Positions 10,561 through 21,059 of a stretch of 64,000 bases of DNA are shown piece after piece; position 1 is the first letter of the stretch; each line of letters begins with the position of its first letter. The notes below the pieces were generated by a model. That model made no database searches, had not been told where the DNA came from, and worked only from the letters and a program-made list of their open reading frames with translations. Location: positions 256,001-320,000 of the forward strand of contig CAVSOU010000017.1 in assembly GCA_963729625.1 (NCBI GenBank), given 5' to 3'. A program made the position numbers and the translations under genes. The DNA comes from an uncultured bacterium. GTDB taxonomy: Bacteria > Chloroflexota > UBA5177 > JANWHV01.

Positions 10561-13185
10561 TCAGCTGTGCTCCACGACTTGCTGCTGGTCGGGTCCGAAC
10601 GTGTTCCCATGTACCAGCAGCAGATCGGCAGCAGGCAGGAGAATGGCGGTGCCGGCAATGGCCGAAAACGCATTGTCAATTATGGTGGGCTGCGAGGCTG
10701 TGTCGACGTAAATGCCGCCATTCGGCCCCTGCGCGAAACCGGAGTCCTTGACCGAGATATTGGCGCCGGCGCGAATCAACAGCATGCCGGGCACGTTGTA
10801 CGACCGGTCAAAGCCGCCGTAAAGGACCTGCACGTTCCTGAGGCTGCTGGCGGCGGCCGACGCGTTCTCGACGCGCAACACCTGCCAATCGCCGGGTTTC
10901 GGCTGCGCGGCGGCACTGGTGAACATGACGGGTGCACCGGCTGATCCATCGGCCTTCAGCGTCCCGTCCACCTGGAAGAGCGCACCGGGCCCCAGGGCGA
11001 TGACGGTGCCGGGCGCCAACGAGAGGATCACATGCGCCGCCAGCGTGACCGTCCCCGTCAGCACCACTGGAACCTCGGACGGCAGCCAGGTGGTCGACGT
11101 TGCGATCGTGCCGGGACGCGCCACGATGGGCGCCTGACCTGCAGCGAAGTGCAAGTGCGTGAACAGCCCGAGCGTGTCCACCGAGGCATCTACAGGACTG
11201 CCTGCGTCTCCGGCAAACAAACAGTTGGTGATCGTCGGACGCGTGGCGTCGTCGACAAAGACGGCGCCCGAAGAGTCCTGGGCCACCAGCGAGTTGCGTA
11301 CCGTGATGCTCGCTCCCGCACGCAGCAGGAGGGCGCCCGGGGTGTTGTAGGATTGATCGATGCCGCCGTAGAAGATCTGCACGTGGTCGAGCAGTGATTT
11401 CGATGCAGTTGCGTTCTCGATACGCAGCGCTTGCCAATCGCCCGGCTGCGGCATCACAGCGGCGCTGGTAAACGTGATCGGCGCCCTCGCGGTGCCGGCA
11501 GCACTGAGTGTCCCGTCCACTTGGAGGAGCGAATTCGGCCCCATGGCGATAATTGTGCCTGGTTTGAGCGTCAAGGTCGTGCCAGCATTGAGCGTCACCG
11601 TGCCGGTCAGCACAAGCGGTGGCTGCAGAACGGGCCAGATGGCCGTGTGCGTGATCGCGCCTTGTCGGGCGACTATCGGTGCCTGGCCAGGTGCGAGCCG
11701 TACACCCGCCACCTGCCCGAACAGATCGACGGCCGCATTGATGGGACTGCCGGCGTCATCCGCGAACAAGCAGTCCGCGATCGTGGGCCGACTGGAATCG
11801 TCCACAGAGATCGCCCCGTTTGAGTCAAAGGCGAAGAGGGAGTCTCTGATCGCGATGTTGGCGCCGGCCCGCACCAGGACCATGCCCGGCACACTGTAGG
11901 CGTGGTCGAAGCCGCCATAGAACATCCGCACGTGGTCGAGCACCGAGCCGCTGGCGCTGCTGTTCTCGATGCGCAGCGCCTGCCAGTCACCAGGCTGCGG
12001 GTGCGGCGAGAAGCTGGTGAATGTAATGGGCGCCGCGGCCGTTCCCTCCGCGCGGAGCACGCCGTCGACCTCGAGCAAGGCGTCTGGACCGAACTCGACG
12101 ACCGTGCCGGGGGCCAGGCGCAGGGTCGTGCCCGCAGGGAGGGTAGCCGTGCCCGTCACAAGCACGACGCCGGAGATGGAAGAGCCAATCAGCGTCCCGG
12201 TCAGCAGGATGTGCGGCACGCGCCCGGAGGGCGGCGTCTGCACTGGCATCGGCGGGGCCGGCGGGATAGAGAAGACGGGAGGCACCGTGGTCGAGGTCGA
12301 GTTGGGAAGCGCCTGTACCCAGCTCACCAGCGTGCGCAGGTCAACCTGCGCCGGCAGGCTGGGCGGCCGGCTGGGGAGCACCGTGGTCTGCTCACCGGCG
12401 CCGACCAGGACGGACCGGCCCTGATTGCTCACCAGGACCCGGCCCTCTATCACCGTGACGATGCCAGTCCGCTGTCCGCGCAGGTACCGGATGTCCAGCC
12501 GGGCGCCTGCCGTGGCAGCCACTGCCGTGCCTACCTGAACCTGGTGACTGGCGCCGTGCGCGACCTCCAGGAAGAGCTCACCCTGGTTCAGGGTTGCGTT
12601 CAGCGGATCCGCGATCACCACGTCCGTGCCGCTATTGAGGTCGGCCAGACTGCCGTCTCGCAAACCGAGGGAGGCCCGCTGTGCGCTCGCAGTGACTGCG
12701 TGGTAGTCCTGGAACAGGCCGTCGCCCACAGCCGCCGCCTGCGGCTTGCGGTGCGGCGCCACGATCGTCAGGCCGCGCGTGACGGCAAGCACGGAGGCGG
12801 GCGAGCCCGGCACGATGGGAATCTGTTGCGTGAGCAGCACGTAGCCGGGGGCAACGGCCTCCATCGTCGCGGTTCCCACCGACTGCGCATGCACCGTCAG
12901 ACGCAGTACACCACCATGGGCGCCGCCGATGACGGGGTTGCCTGCTCCGCTGATGCTCACTTGCGCTGCTACCGGCTGACCGCCGGCGTTGGTCACGACG
13001 ATGCGCAGCGGGACGTCGCGTCCCACGGCTATCTGTCCGGGTTGGACAGCAATGCGCAGGGTGGGTGCTGCAGCGTCCAGACGCGCCGTCGAGGCTTCAC
13101 CGCTCAGGATCGACGCCTGGGCGGCGGGCGAGGGAACCACCATAAGCAGCAGGAAGGCAAGTAGCACACGGTAGGATATAGGCAT
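10561..13185 (-). CDS. Secreted FecR-domain protein with three parallel beta-helix repeats
   Basis: Signal peptide MPISYRVLLAFLLLMVVPSPAAQA; FecR-like LRDGS..LNSGT and VTVIEGRVLV; three repeats of LxLxPGT..LxVDGxLxAxGxxxAPIxFTS..PQPGDWQ. Confidence 0.75.
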   Translation of the reverse strand: MPISYRVLLAFLLLMVVPSPAAQASILSGEASTARLDAAAPTLRIAVQPGQIAVGRDVPLRIVVTNAGGQPVAAQVSISGAGNPVIGGAHGGVLRLTVHAQSVGTATMEAVAPGYVLLTQQIPIVPGSPASVLAVTRGLTIVAPHRKPQAAAVGDGLFQDYHAVTASAQRASLGLRDGSLADLNSGTDVVIADPLNATLNQGELFLEVAHGASHQVQVGTAVAATAGARLDIRYLRGQRTGIVTVIEGRVLVSNQGRSVLVGAGEQTTVLPSRPPSLPAQVDLRTLVSWVQALPNSTSTTVPPVFSIPPAPPMPVQTPPSGRVPHILLTGTLIGSSISGVVLVTGTATLPAGTTLRLAPGTVVEFGPDALLEVDGVLRAEGTAAAPITFTSFSPHPQPGDWQALRIENSSASGSVLDHVRMFYGGFDHAYSVPGMVLVRAGANIAIRDSLFAFDSNGAISVDDSSRPTIADCLFADDAGSPINAAVDLFGQVAGVRLAPGQAPIVARQGAITHTAIWPVLQPPLVLTGTVTLNAGTTLTLKPGTIIAMGPNSLLQVDGTLSAAGTARAPITFTSAAVMPQPGDWQALRIENATASKSLLDHVQIFYGGIDQSYNTPGALLLRAGASITVRNSLVAQDSSGAVFVDDATRPTITNCLFAGDAGSPVDASVDTLGLFTHLHFAAGQAPIVARPGTIATSTTWLPSEVPVVLTGTVTLAAHVILSLAPGTVIALGPGALFQVDGTLKADGSAGAPVMFTSAAAQPKPGDWQVLRVENASAAASSLRNVQVLYGGFDRSYNVPGMLLIRAGANISVKDSGFAQGPNGGIYVDTASQPTIIDNAFSAIAGTAILLPAADLLLVHGNTFGPDQQQVVEHS

Positions 13186-13319
13186 GATCACACCTTTCGA
13201 GGAGAACTAGCGATTGCGACCGCGCGGCAAACGTCATTGAGGCTGCCCCAACGCTACAACTCGCTTGCTCCGCTGTCAAGCTTGACGGAGAATCAATCGG
13301 CCGAAACGATGGTATGGTG

Positions 13320-14207
13320 TTAGCGCCCACCCTGACCGGTCAGGGCAATCCCCTCTACGATCCAGCGCTGCGCGATCACGTAGACGACAAGCACTGGAAT
13401 CAAGGAGAGCGACGCGCCGACCATCAGCAGATTCCACTGGATGGTGTACTGGCTCTGAAACTCGATGATCCCCAACGGCAACGTCTTCAACGATTCCGTA
13501 TCCACTACTACCAGCGGCCAGAGGAAGTTGTTCCATGAGCCGAGGAAGGCGAAGATCACTAACGCGGCGAGCGCCGGTTTGGCGAGCGGCATCACGATGC
13601 GGGCGTAGATCGAGAAGTGCCCGGCCCCGTCCAGCAGCGCCGCCTCCTCGAGGTCCGCGGGCAGCGTCAGGAAGAATTGGCGCAACAGAAACGTGCTGAA
13701 TACGCTGGACACGAAGGGTGCGATCATTCCCTGGTAAGTGTTATGCCAACCCAAATAGTGAATCAGGATGTAGTTCGGGATGAGCGTCACCTGAAACGGG
13801 ATGATCAGCGTGGCGAGATAGACCGCGAAGAGAGCTCCTCGACCGGGAAAGCGCAGACGAGCGAACGCGTAGGCTGCCAGCGACGCAGTGATGACCTGGC
13901 AGCTGGTAATCGCCACGGCGACAATCATGCTGTTGATGAAGAAGCGTCCAATCGGCAATTGCTCCCACACGCTCTGATAGTTCCCCCATTCAAAGGGCTG
14001 GGGAATGAACTGGGGTGTCAGCGAGCCGATCTGCGCGTTCGTCTCGAGCGACGTCACGACCATGTAGACAAAGGGCAGCAGTACGATCGCGGCGCCGCCG
14101 GCGAGCAACAACCAGATCAAGGTGCCCGCCACGACAGCGCGGGCACGCAACGGCCGCTTCTCACGCAACCGAGGGGCCATCGCAGGAGGCTCAGCGCGGC
14201 TAACCAT
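13320..14207 (-). CDS. Carbohydrate ABC transporter permease (MalG/UgpE-like)
   Basis: EAA loop LEEAALLDGAG; WNNFLWP; TM helices. Confidence 0.92.
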   Translation of the reverse strand: MVSRAEPPAMAPRLREKRPLRARAVVAGTLIWLLLAGGAAIVLLPFVYMVVTSLETNAQIGSLTPQFIPQPFEWGNYQSVWEQLPIGRFFINSMIVAVAITSCQVITASLAAYAFARLRFPGRGALFAVYLATLIIPFQVTLIPNYILIHYLGWHNTYQGMIAPFVSSVFSTFLLRQFFLTLPADLEEAALLDGAGHFSIYARIVMPLAKPALAALVIFAFLGSWNNFLWPLVVVDTESLKTLPLGIIEFQSQYTIQWNLLMVGASLSLIPVLVVYVIAQRWIVEGIALTGQGGR

Positions 14208-15183
14208 AATGCACCCAGCGGCGCTGCAACGTGAACTGCACCATCGTCACGGCGAATACCAGCATGAACAGCACCCAGGCTACCGCGGAGGCAATGCCCA
14301 TGTTCGATCCGGCGAAGACAAAGGCCCGCTGAAACAGGTAGCCAACCAGCGTATTCGTCGCGTTGTCAGGGTAGAACTGCCCGCCCGTCATGGCGTAGGC
14401 CTGGTCGAATATCTGAAACGAGCCGATCGTCGTCACCACGACCACAAAGAACGTCGTCGGGCTGATCAGCGGCAAGGTGACGTGTCTGAACTGTCCCCAC
14501 TTACCGGCGCCGTCGACTGCTGCCGCCTCCATGAGCGAGCGATCGACGCCCTGCAAGCCTGCCAGGAAGAGCACGATGTTGAAGCCAATCTGCCGCCAGA
14601 CGCCGAAGAGTATCAACGCGGGCATGGCCCAGGTCGTGCTGTTGAGCCAGCCGGGAGGATTCGGAACGCCGATCGCGTAGAGCGCACTGTCGATCAGCCC
14701 CGCGCGCGGGTCATAAATCCACTGAAAGACGAGCGCGGCGGCGACCAGCGTGGTGATATAGGGGGAAAAGTACGCCGTGCGCAGGAGCAGCGAGCCCGGC
14801 AGCTTGAGGTTGAGGCCCAACGCCACCAGCAGCGCCAGGGCCGTGGAAATCGGCACCACGCCCAGCGTGTAGTACAGCGTGTTGAAGAATACCTTGCGGA
14901 AGAGATCGTCGTCCCACAGGTACCTGTAGTTATCCAGGCCGGCGAAGCTCGGAGCATTGAGCAGATCCCAGTGCGCGAAGCTCAGGCCAAATGTGGCCAG
15001 CACGCCGAGCACCGTGAATATGAAGAAGGGGATGAGATCCGGCAGCAAGAACAGGATTGCCACGCGCCCGTCACCCCGCCGGTACGCCCCGTCCCGATGA
15101 CCGCGGCGCCGTACAAGTCGCGCGCGAATGGGTGTTCGTGCGTCACGTGGCATAGACGGAGTTGGTAGCGTGCCGGCAACCAC
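14200..15183 (-). CDS. Carbohydrate ABC transporter permease (MalF/UgpA-like)
   Basis: FAGLDNY, LMEAAAVDGA, FRHVTLPLISP; start uncertain. Confidence 0.9.
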   Translation of the reverse strand: MVAGTLPTPSMPRDARTPIRARLVRRRGHRDGAYRRGDGRVAILFLLPDLIPFFIFTVLGVLATFGLSFAHWDLLNAPSFAGLDNYRYLWDDDLFRKVFFNTLYYTLGVVPISTALALLVALGLNLKLPGSLLLRTAYFSPYITTLVAAALVFQWIYDPRAGLIDSALYAIGVPNPPGWLNSTTWAMPALILFGVWRQIGFNIVLFLAGLQGVDRSLMEAAAVDGAGKWGQFRHVTLPLISPTTFFVVVVTTIGSFQIFDQAYAMTGGQFYPDNATNTLVGYLFQRAFVFAGSNMGIASAVAWVLFMLVFAVTMVQFTLQRRWVHYG

Positions 15184-15232
15184 GACGGGGGCCGCTCTGG
15201 CGGCCCCCGACGCGCTTTTGCCGAAGCGGCGC

Positions 15233-16576
15233 TTACCCCTTCAGCAGCTTCTGCGCGGCCGCGGCTGCTTTTGGCAGAGCCTCCGCCGCCGTCTGCTCGC
15301 CGATCCAGATCGGCTGCAGCGCCGAGTCGATAGCATTGAAGACCGGCCCAACCTGGGCAAAGGATGGGAAGTCATGTCCGAGCTTGGTCTGAGCGGTGAA
15401 TACCTTGTTATACGGCTTGCTGGTCCATGTTGCCGAGCTCAACGCCTCAGGGCTGAGCGGTACGATGTCGTCGCCGGCCGCAAAAGCGAGTGAAGCGATG
15501 GAGCCGGTCATGAAGTCCCAGAGCTGATAGGCAGCATCGGGCTGGGAGCTGAACTTGGACATGCAGTAGCCGGCGCCGCCCGTGGCATTCACCACTTTAT
15601 GGCCGCTGAAGTGCGGCATACCGACGACAAACCAATCCAGACCCTTCGTCTTGTTGAAGGTCGGGACGAGGGCATGGTTGCCGAACGCCATGGCAAGCTG
15701 CCCGCCCGAGAACAGCGACGCGATCGTCGCCGAGCCAGCCATCTGCGATGGCGGTGGCGTAACCTTGTCGACATTTGTCAGGTCGCCAATGAACTGCAGT
15801 GCTTGCGCACCGGCCGGCGTATTGAACGTGGCTTTGGTAGGCGTGGCATCGCTGTCGAACAGCTCCACGCCGTTCTCCCACAGCCACAGCCGCCAGAAGT
15901 CGGTCTCGTAGGCATAGCCGTACTGGCTGACCCGGGCGCCGCTGCCGATCGTGAGCTTCATCGCGGTAGCACGCAGATCGTCGTAGCTCCAGCCGTCCTT
16001 GGGGTATGCCACACCGGCCTTCCGGAACAGCTTGCGATTGTAGAAGATGACTTTCGTGTCATTGTCGCGCGGCACACCGTAAAGGCCGCCATTCCACTCA
16101 AACAGGAAGAGCTCGCCCTGCGTGTAGCCGGCAAGATTCTTGCCGTGCTTTGCGGCCATCGCACGGATGTCGAGCAGCGCGCCCTTAGCAGCATAGGTTG
16201 GCACGTACGTCAGAAACATGACGTCCGGAATGCTCTTCGTCGCCAGGTCGGCGTTGAGGCGAATGAAATAGCTTGTGAAATCGGTCCATTGAGGCTGCAC
16301 CTGAATATTGGGGTAGCGCGCCTGGAATACCTTGAGAATTGCATTGGCCGTGATCTGCTCGTCAATGCTACCCCACGAGCCAAAGGTTATCTGTACCGGG
16401 CTGCTGGTCGCGGCGTGCGCCGATGCCGGGCCTTCGAGTGCTTCAAGCGCATAGGCAATGGCTGGGATCGACGCACCCAGGGCCAGGGCCCGCTTGATGA
16501 ACGTCACGCGACTCATTCCCGAGGCAGCGGCGTCGGTGGCCAGGGTCTCCAGATCGCGCTCGTACCGGTCTGCCAT
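15233..16576 (-). CDS. Sugar ABC transporter substrate-binding protein
   Basis: Tat-like leader SRVTFIKRALALG; LYGVP, IFYNRKLF..AGV, LFSGGQLAM. Confidence 0.88.
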   Translation of the reverse strand: MADRYERDLETLATDAAASGMSRVTFIKRALALGASIPAIAYALEALEGPASAHAATSSPVQITFGSWGSIDEQITANAILKVFQARYPNIQVQPQWTDFTSYFIRLNADLATKSIPDVMFLTYVPTYAAKGALLDIRAMAAKHGKNLAGYTQGELFLFEWNGGLYGVPRDNDTKVIFYNRKLFRKAGVAYPKDGWSYDDLRATAMKLTIGSGARVSQYGYAYETDFWRLWLWENGVELFDSDATPTKATFNTPAGAQALQFIGDLTNVDKVTPPPSQMAGSATIASLFSGGQLAMAFGNHALVPTFNKTKGLDWFVVGMPHFSGHKVVNATGGAGYCMSKFSSQPDAAYQLWDFMTGSIASLAFAAGDDIVPLSPEALSSATWTSKPYNKVFTAQTKLGHDFPSFAQVGPVFNAIDSALQPIWIGEQTAAEALPKAAAAAQKLLKG

Positions 16577-16793
16577 GATCCTTACTCCTTACGACCCACA
16601 TATCCACACGGCTTGTCATCCACATAAGCCGGTGGAATCATTATAGCCTCACGGATAGTAGCCCAACGGATCCGCCTACGCCATACCAGCGCAGCAATTG
16701 TGGTATGGCGCTCAGCTATGCGCTTGCCTAGAAGATCGGGCGCGGCGCCTGACCCCTACCGGTAGCCGGCCTCCGGCTGGTCAGAGGCGAGAC

Positions 16794-17744
16794 CTACTCC
16801 CTATTGGCGCTGAAGGGGTCAAGCGCGTCCCGCAGGCCGTCGCCCAGCAGATTCACGCTCAACACGGTGACAAGGATCATCAGTCCAGGATAGATGGCGG
16901 CCCAGGGAGCGTTAGCCATGTTTTCCTGGGCGTCGGCGAGCATGCTGCCCCAGCTGGAGGTGGGCGGCTGCACGCCGAAGCCGAAGAAGCTCAGCACCGA
17001 TTCCAGGATGATGTTATTGCCGACCAGAAGCGTGGCGTTCACGACGATCGGGGCAATGGCGTTGGGCAACAGGTGATGAACGATAATTCCCGTGGGACTG
17101 ACGCCCATCGCCTTGGCGGCCTGGATATACTCGCGCTCCTTCAACGACAAGAACTCGCCGCGCACCAGCCGGGCGATGTACGTCCAGCTTACGGCCATGA
17201 TCACCAGCACGATCATCGCGATGTTCTGACCGCCCGTGTTTCCGGCGATGAAGGCTGAAAGCACAAACAGCAGCAGGTAGAGTGGAAATGAGAGCATCAC
17301 ATCGGTCAAGCGCATCACGATATTGTCGATCCAGCCGCCGAAGTAGCCGGCGACGGCGCCGAGGAACGTGCCGAGCAGGATGGCGGTAATCATCGAGCTG
17401 AAACCGATGAGCAGCGAGATGCGACCGCCGTAGAGAATGCGGCTGAACACGTCGCGGCCCGAGAAGTCCATGCCCATGATGTGCGCGCTGCTGGGCGGAG
17501 CGCCGTTGAAGGCGTTGTAATCCTCGAAGTTCGGGTCGTGCGGCGCGATCCAGGGCGCGAGAACGGCGGAGCCGGTGAGCAGCACGATGAGCACGGTTGC
17601 AACCAGCGCCAGCTTGTGTTTTCGGAAGCGCCGCCAGGCCAGGTTCATGAGGCTGAGATGCTTGGTTTCTACAGTCTCAATCGCGCTCGGCGAGAAGTCG
17701 CGGGCGGCGCCCCTGTCGGACTTCATGGGATCGCTGGTGGTCAT
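16794..17744 (-). CDS. Peptide ABC transporter permease (OppC/DppC)
   Basis: HIMGMDFSGRDVFSRILYGGRISL, EYIQAAKAMG, NLLGDGLRDALDP. Confidence 0.92.
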   Translation of the reverse strand: MTTSDPMKSDRGAARDFSPSAIETVETKHLSLMNLAWRRFRKHKLALVATVLIVLLTGSAVLAPWIAPHDPNFEDYNAFNGAPPSSAHIMGMDFSGRDVFSRILYGGRISLLIGFSSMITAILLGTFLGAVAGYFGGWIDNIVMRLTDVMLSFPLYLLLFVLSAFIAGNTGGQNIAMIVLVIMAVSWTYIARLVRGEFLSLKEREYIQAAKAMGVSPTGIIVHHLLPNAIAPIVVNATLLVGNNIILESVLSFFGFGVQPPTSSWGSMLADAQENMANAPWAAIYPGLMILVTVLSVNLLGDGLRDALDPFSANRE

Positions 17745-17794
17745 GCAATCTCCTGGCGCGTCGAGCTCTGGTGACTCACGTGCGATGCCGGCCG

Positions 17795-18745
17795 CTACGA
17801 ATAGCGGATTCGGGGATCGAGCAATCCATAGATGATGTCGGCGATGATGTTACAGGCAACAATGGTCACGGCTGAAAGCTCCATCATGGCCATCAGCACG
17901 GGATAGTCGCGCGATGACAGCGAATCGTAGAACAACCGCCCCAGTCCCGGCCAGGCGAAGATCGTCTCGGTGATCACGGCGCCGCCGAAGATGGTGCCAA
18001 AGTCGAGGGCGACAACCGTGACCAGGGGGATCAGGGCATTTCGGAACGCATGCCTGAACACGATCGTCAAGCGCTTCGCGCCTTTTGCGCGCGCCGTGCG
18101 CAGGTAGTCCTGGTGCAGCACTTCGAGCATGCTGGAACGCAGGTAGCGGCTCCAAGCTGCAATGAAGTTGAGCGACAGCACGATCGCAGGCAAGATCATG
18201 TGATGAATCTGATCCCACAGCGTGGCAGGCACGCCTTCCGTAATCTGGCCGCTGGTGGGAAACCAGTTGTGTTGCACGGCCAGTACCAGAATCAGCATCT
18301 CGGCGAACCAAAATATCGGCATGGAAATGCCGATGTACGAGAGCACGGTCAGTACGTAGTCGAGGATCGAGTATTGCCTGACGGCGGCGATGATGCCGAG
18401 CGGGATAGCGCAGATCAGCGCAAGCAGGAAGGCGGTACCCAACAGCTGCACCGTTGCCGGCAAGCGGTCGCCGATGATGCTGGCGACGGGCTGACCGTTC
18501 GTGAACGTGTTGCCGAGGTTGAGCCGGAGCGTGCCCCACAGCCACTTGACGTACTGAATGTACCAGGGCTGGTCGAGGCCCAGGCTGACAACCATGTCGT
18601 GACGGGCCTGGGCGCTCATGCGCGGGCTGAAGGCGACCTGCTCCGGGCCGCCGGGAATGAGATGCAGCAGGAGGAACAGGGCCATGCTGATCACGAGCAG
18701 CAGCGGAATAGCCTGCAGCAGCCTTCGGACAATGTAGGTGGTCAC
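17795..18745 (-). CDS. Peptide ABC transporter permease (OppB/DppB)
   Basis: GTG start chosen at YIVRRLLQ; DYLRTARAKG, ETIFAWPGLG, LDPRIRY. Confidence 0.9.
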   Translation of the reverse strand: MTTYIVRRLLQAIPLLLVISMALFLLLHLIPGGPEQVAFSPRMSAQARHDMVVSLGLDQPWYIQYVKWLWGTLRLNLGNTFTNGQPVASIIGDRLPATVQLLGTAFLLALICAIPLGIIAAVRQYSILDYVLTVLSYIGISMPIFWFAEMLILVLAVQHNWFPTSGQITEGVPATLWDQIHHMILPAIVLSLNFIAAWSRYLRSSMLEVLHQDYLRTARAKGAKRLTIVFRHAFRNALIPLVTVVALDFGTIFGGAVITETIFAWPGLGRLFYDSLSSRDYPVLMAMMELSAVTIVACNIIADIIYGLLDPRIRYS

Positions 18746-19200
18746 GTGTGTTGTCCCCACTGGTTGAACTCTTCGCTCAACGTGGTGTATTCGCGGGCGC
18801 GCCGCGTCCGCGGCGCGCCCGCCTAGATCATAATCTAGGTCATCGACCTCAACGTGAAAAGCGGTGTGGGCGGTCGTCGCGTGTCGCGGCGCTCGTCGAT
18901 GGACCGGTGTTCGGCCACAAATCTCGTGGGCAGGGCGCAACCTTCCGTTATGCGGTATGTTCATTGCGTATGGCCGTGGCAGGCAATGGGAGGAGCCTGA
19001 CAGGCGCCTTGGGCGCGCGTCGACGATGCCGCGCCACCCACCTCGAACGCGACAAGGAGGTGCTATGCAGTAAGGCCGGTACGAGAGGTTCGCCCGTCAG
19101 ACCGTCGAGAGCCCGTCATTGTTCCCGTGATCTCCAATTGGATTGCCAGCTCTGAGCATTGCAGAGTGCAGAGTATCGACACAATATGGAGTACAACTAT

Positions 19201-20865
19201 ATGAAATTCTTCCGTTCCCGGGGAAAAGTGCTGGCAACGCTAGTGACCTTCGCGGCGCTGGTTGCCGGAACCATTGGACCTGTGCACGCGCAGCGCCCGC
19301 AGCAAGCCGCTACAGCGGACAGCAACGTGCTGACATACCCCATCGCGACCCAGACCTTATGGGCTGGCACGCTGGATCCCTCGCAGGTTTCCCTGCTCGT
19401 CGACAGCGATATCACGCAGAAGATCTATTCCGGCTTGCTGAAGCAATCGTTCAATGACAAGACCCGCCTGTTCGACATCGTGCCCGACCTGGCGGCCGGC
19501 ATGCCCACGGTGAGCAAGGATGGCCTTACCTATACGTTCAAGATCCGCTCCGACGCCAAGTTCTCGGACGGTACGTCGATCACGGCGCAGGACTTCGTCT
19601 CCAGCTGGACGCGCGTCGTCGACCCGAAGGCCAACTCGCCCGTCGAATACTACATGAGTCCGATACAGGGCGCCGATGCCTATGCCGCCGGCAAGGCGAA
19701 GACCTGGGGTGTAAAGGCGCTGGACGCCGGCACCCTGCAGGTCACCCTCGTTCATCCGGCCGTGTACTTCCTCTATGACCTGACGTACCCGACCTTCTTT
19801 GTGCTCAAGCAGGGTATCCCGGTCGGGGCCAAGCTGACCACCGATCCCTCGTTGACGATCAGCTCCGGCGCCTGGATGATCAAAGATCACACCTGGAAGT
19901 ACCGCAGCGAGATCTCGCTGGTGCCCAACCCCAACTACTGGGAATACAGCAAGATCACGCTCAAAGAGATCGACATCGTGTTCACGGGCACCTACGACAC
20001 AATGCTCGCGGCCTACCGGAGCGGCCAGTACCCCATCGCCTGGCTGACTTCGGCCAACCTGGCGACCTACAAGGGTGCCCCCGAGTACCACACCACGAGC
20101 CTGCTCGGCGATGTCTGGCTGAGCATGAACTCTCACATCGCGCCCTTCACCAACAAGAATTTCCGCCTTGCCGTGGCCTTCGCCATCGATCGCGACGCCA
20201 TTACCAAGGGTGTCGATCACGGCGCGAACGTGACACAATACGCCTGGTATCCGCCTGGCATCCTGGGCTATGACCCGAACGTGCAGAAACAGCCCGGCGT
20301 GCCGTATTACAACCCGACCATCGCCAAGCAATACCTGGCTGCGGCCATGAAGCAAATGTCGACGGTGCCGACTATCAGCCTCGAGTTCCGCAGCGAGAAC
20401 CCCGACGTCGCCCGCGAGATGGCCGAAGTGCAGACCAATCTCAAGGCCGTCGGTATCAGCATCGTCCTGCATCCAGTGCCACGTTCCACCTGGGTCAATG
20501 ATGGCAACGGCGGCAAGACCCAGTTCATCTGGAGCGACTGGTACGACGATTATCCAGATCCGCAGGACTTCTCCGACTACCTGATCCGCACCGGCGCCGG
20601 CGAGAACTGGGGCCGCTATTCCAATCCCGCCGTCGACAAGCTCTTCGATCAGGCGAACGTAACCAGCGACACTGCCACGCGCAAGGCACTGCTCCAGCAG
20701 GCACAGCTGACAATCCTGCGCGACGCGGGCGTGACCATGATCTACACCTTCGGCAATCAAGCACTGGTCAGCACCAAGATCCACGGCATGGAACTGAATC
20801 CGAGCTACGGCGACGAGCCGCAGCCTATCGCCAACGACTGGGCCAACGTAACCGTTTCGTCGTAG
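19201..20865 (+). CDS. Peptide ABC transporter substrate-binding protein (OppA/DppA family 5)
   Basis: Signal peptide; VPDLA, SKDGLTYTFKIR, KFSDGT, WYDDYPDP; GGAG RBS. Confidence 0.92.
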   Translation: MKFFRSRGKVLATLVTFAALVAGTIGPVHAQRPQQAATADSNVLTYPIATQTLWAGTLDPSQVSLLVDSDITQKIYSGLLKQSFNDKTRLFDIVPDLAAGMPTVSKDGLTYTFKIRSDAKFSDGTSITAQDFVSSWTRVVDPKANSPVEYYMSPIQGADAYAAGKAKTWGVKALDAGTLQVTLVHPAVYFLYDLTYPTFFVLKQGIPVGAKLTTDPSLTISSGAWMIKDHTWKYRSEISLVPNPNYWEYSKITLKEIDIVFTGTYDTMLAAYRSGQYPIAWLTSANLATYKGAPEYHTTSLLGDVWLSMNSHIAPFTNKNFRLAVAFAIDRDAITKGVDHGANVTQYAWYPPGILGYDPNVQKQPGVPYYNPTIAKQYLAAAMKQMSTVPTISLEFRSENPDVAREMAEVQTNLKAVGISIVLHPVPRSTWVNDGNGGKTQFIWSDWYDDYPDPQDFSDYLIRTGAGENWGRYSNPAVDKLFDQANVTSDTATRKALLQQAQLTILRDAGVTMIYTFGNQALVSTKIHGMELNPSYGDEPQPIANDWANVTVSS

Positions 20866-21059
20866 GCAGCGCATCAACCCGCACACGGGCCGCGAGCTCA
20901 TACGCTCGCGGCCCGGCTCTAGGACCTCCGACCGCAGTCTGATGGCAGAGAAGACCGCGGCCGCTCCGTCCCTTCCGCGCGGCCGCAGCCCGAGGCGCTG
21001 TTACCCGGCCGCAGCCGGGGCCTGTCTTGAGGCTCGCCAAGGCTGATACTATAAGGCTC

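Noticed and set aside
19357-20901. Long antisense ORFs (also 40780-42075, 11902-13164, 15599-16627)
   Set aside because: Shadow frames of well-supported genes in GC-rich DNA, with no motifs.
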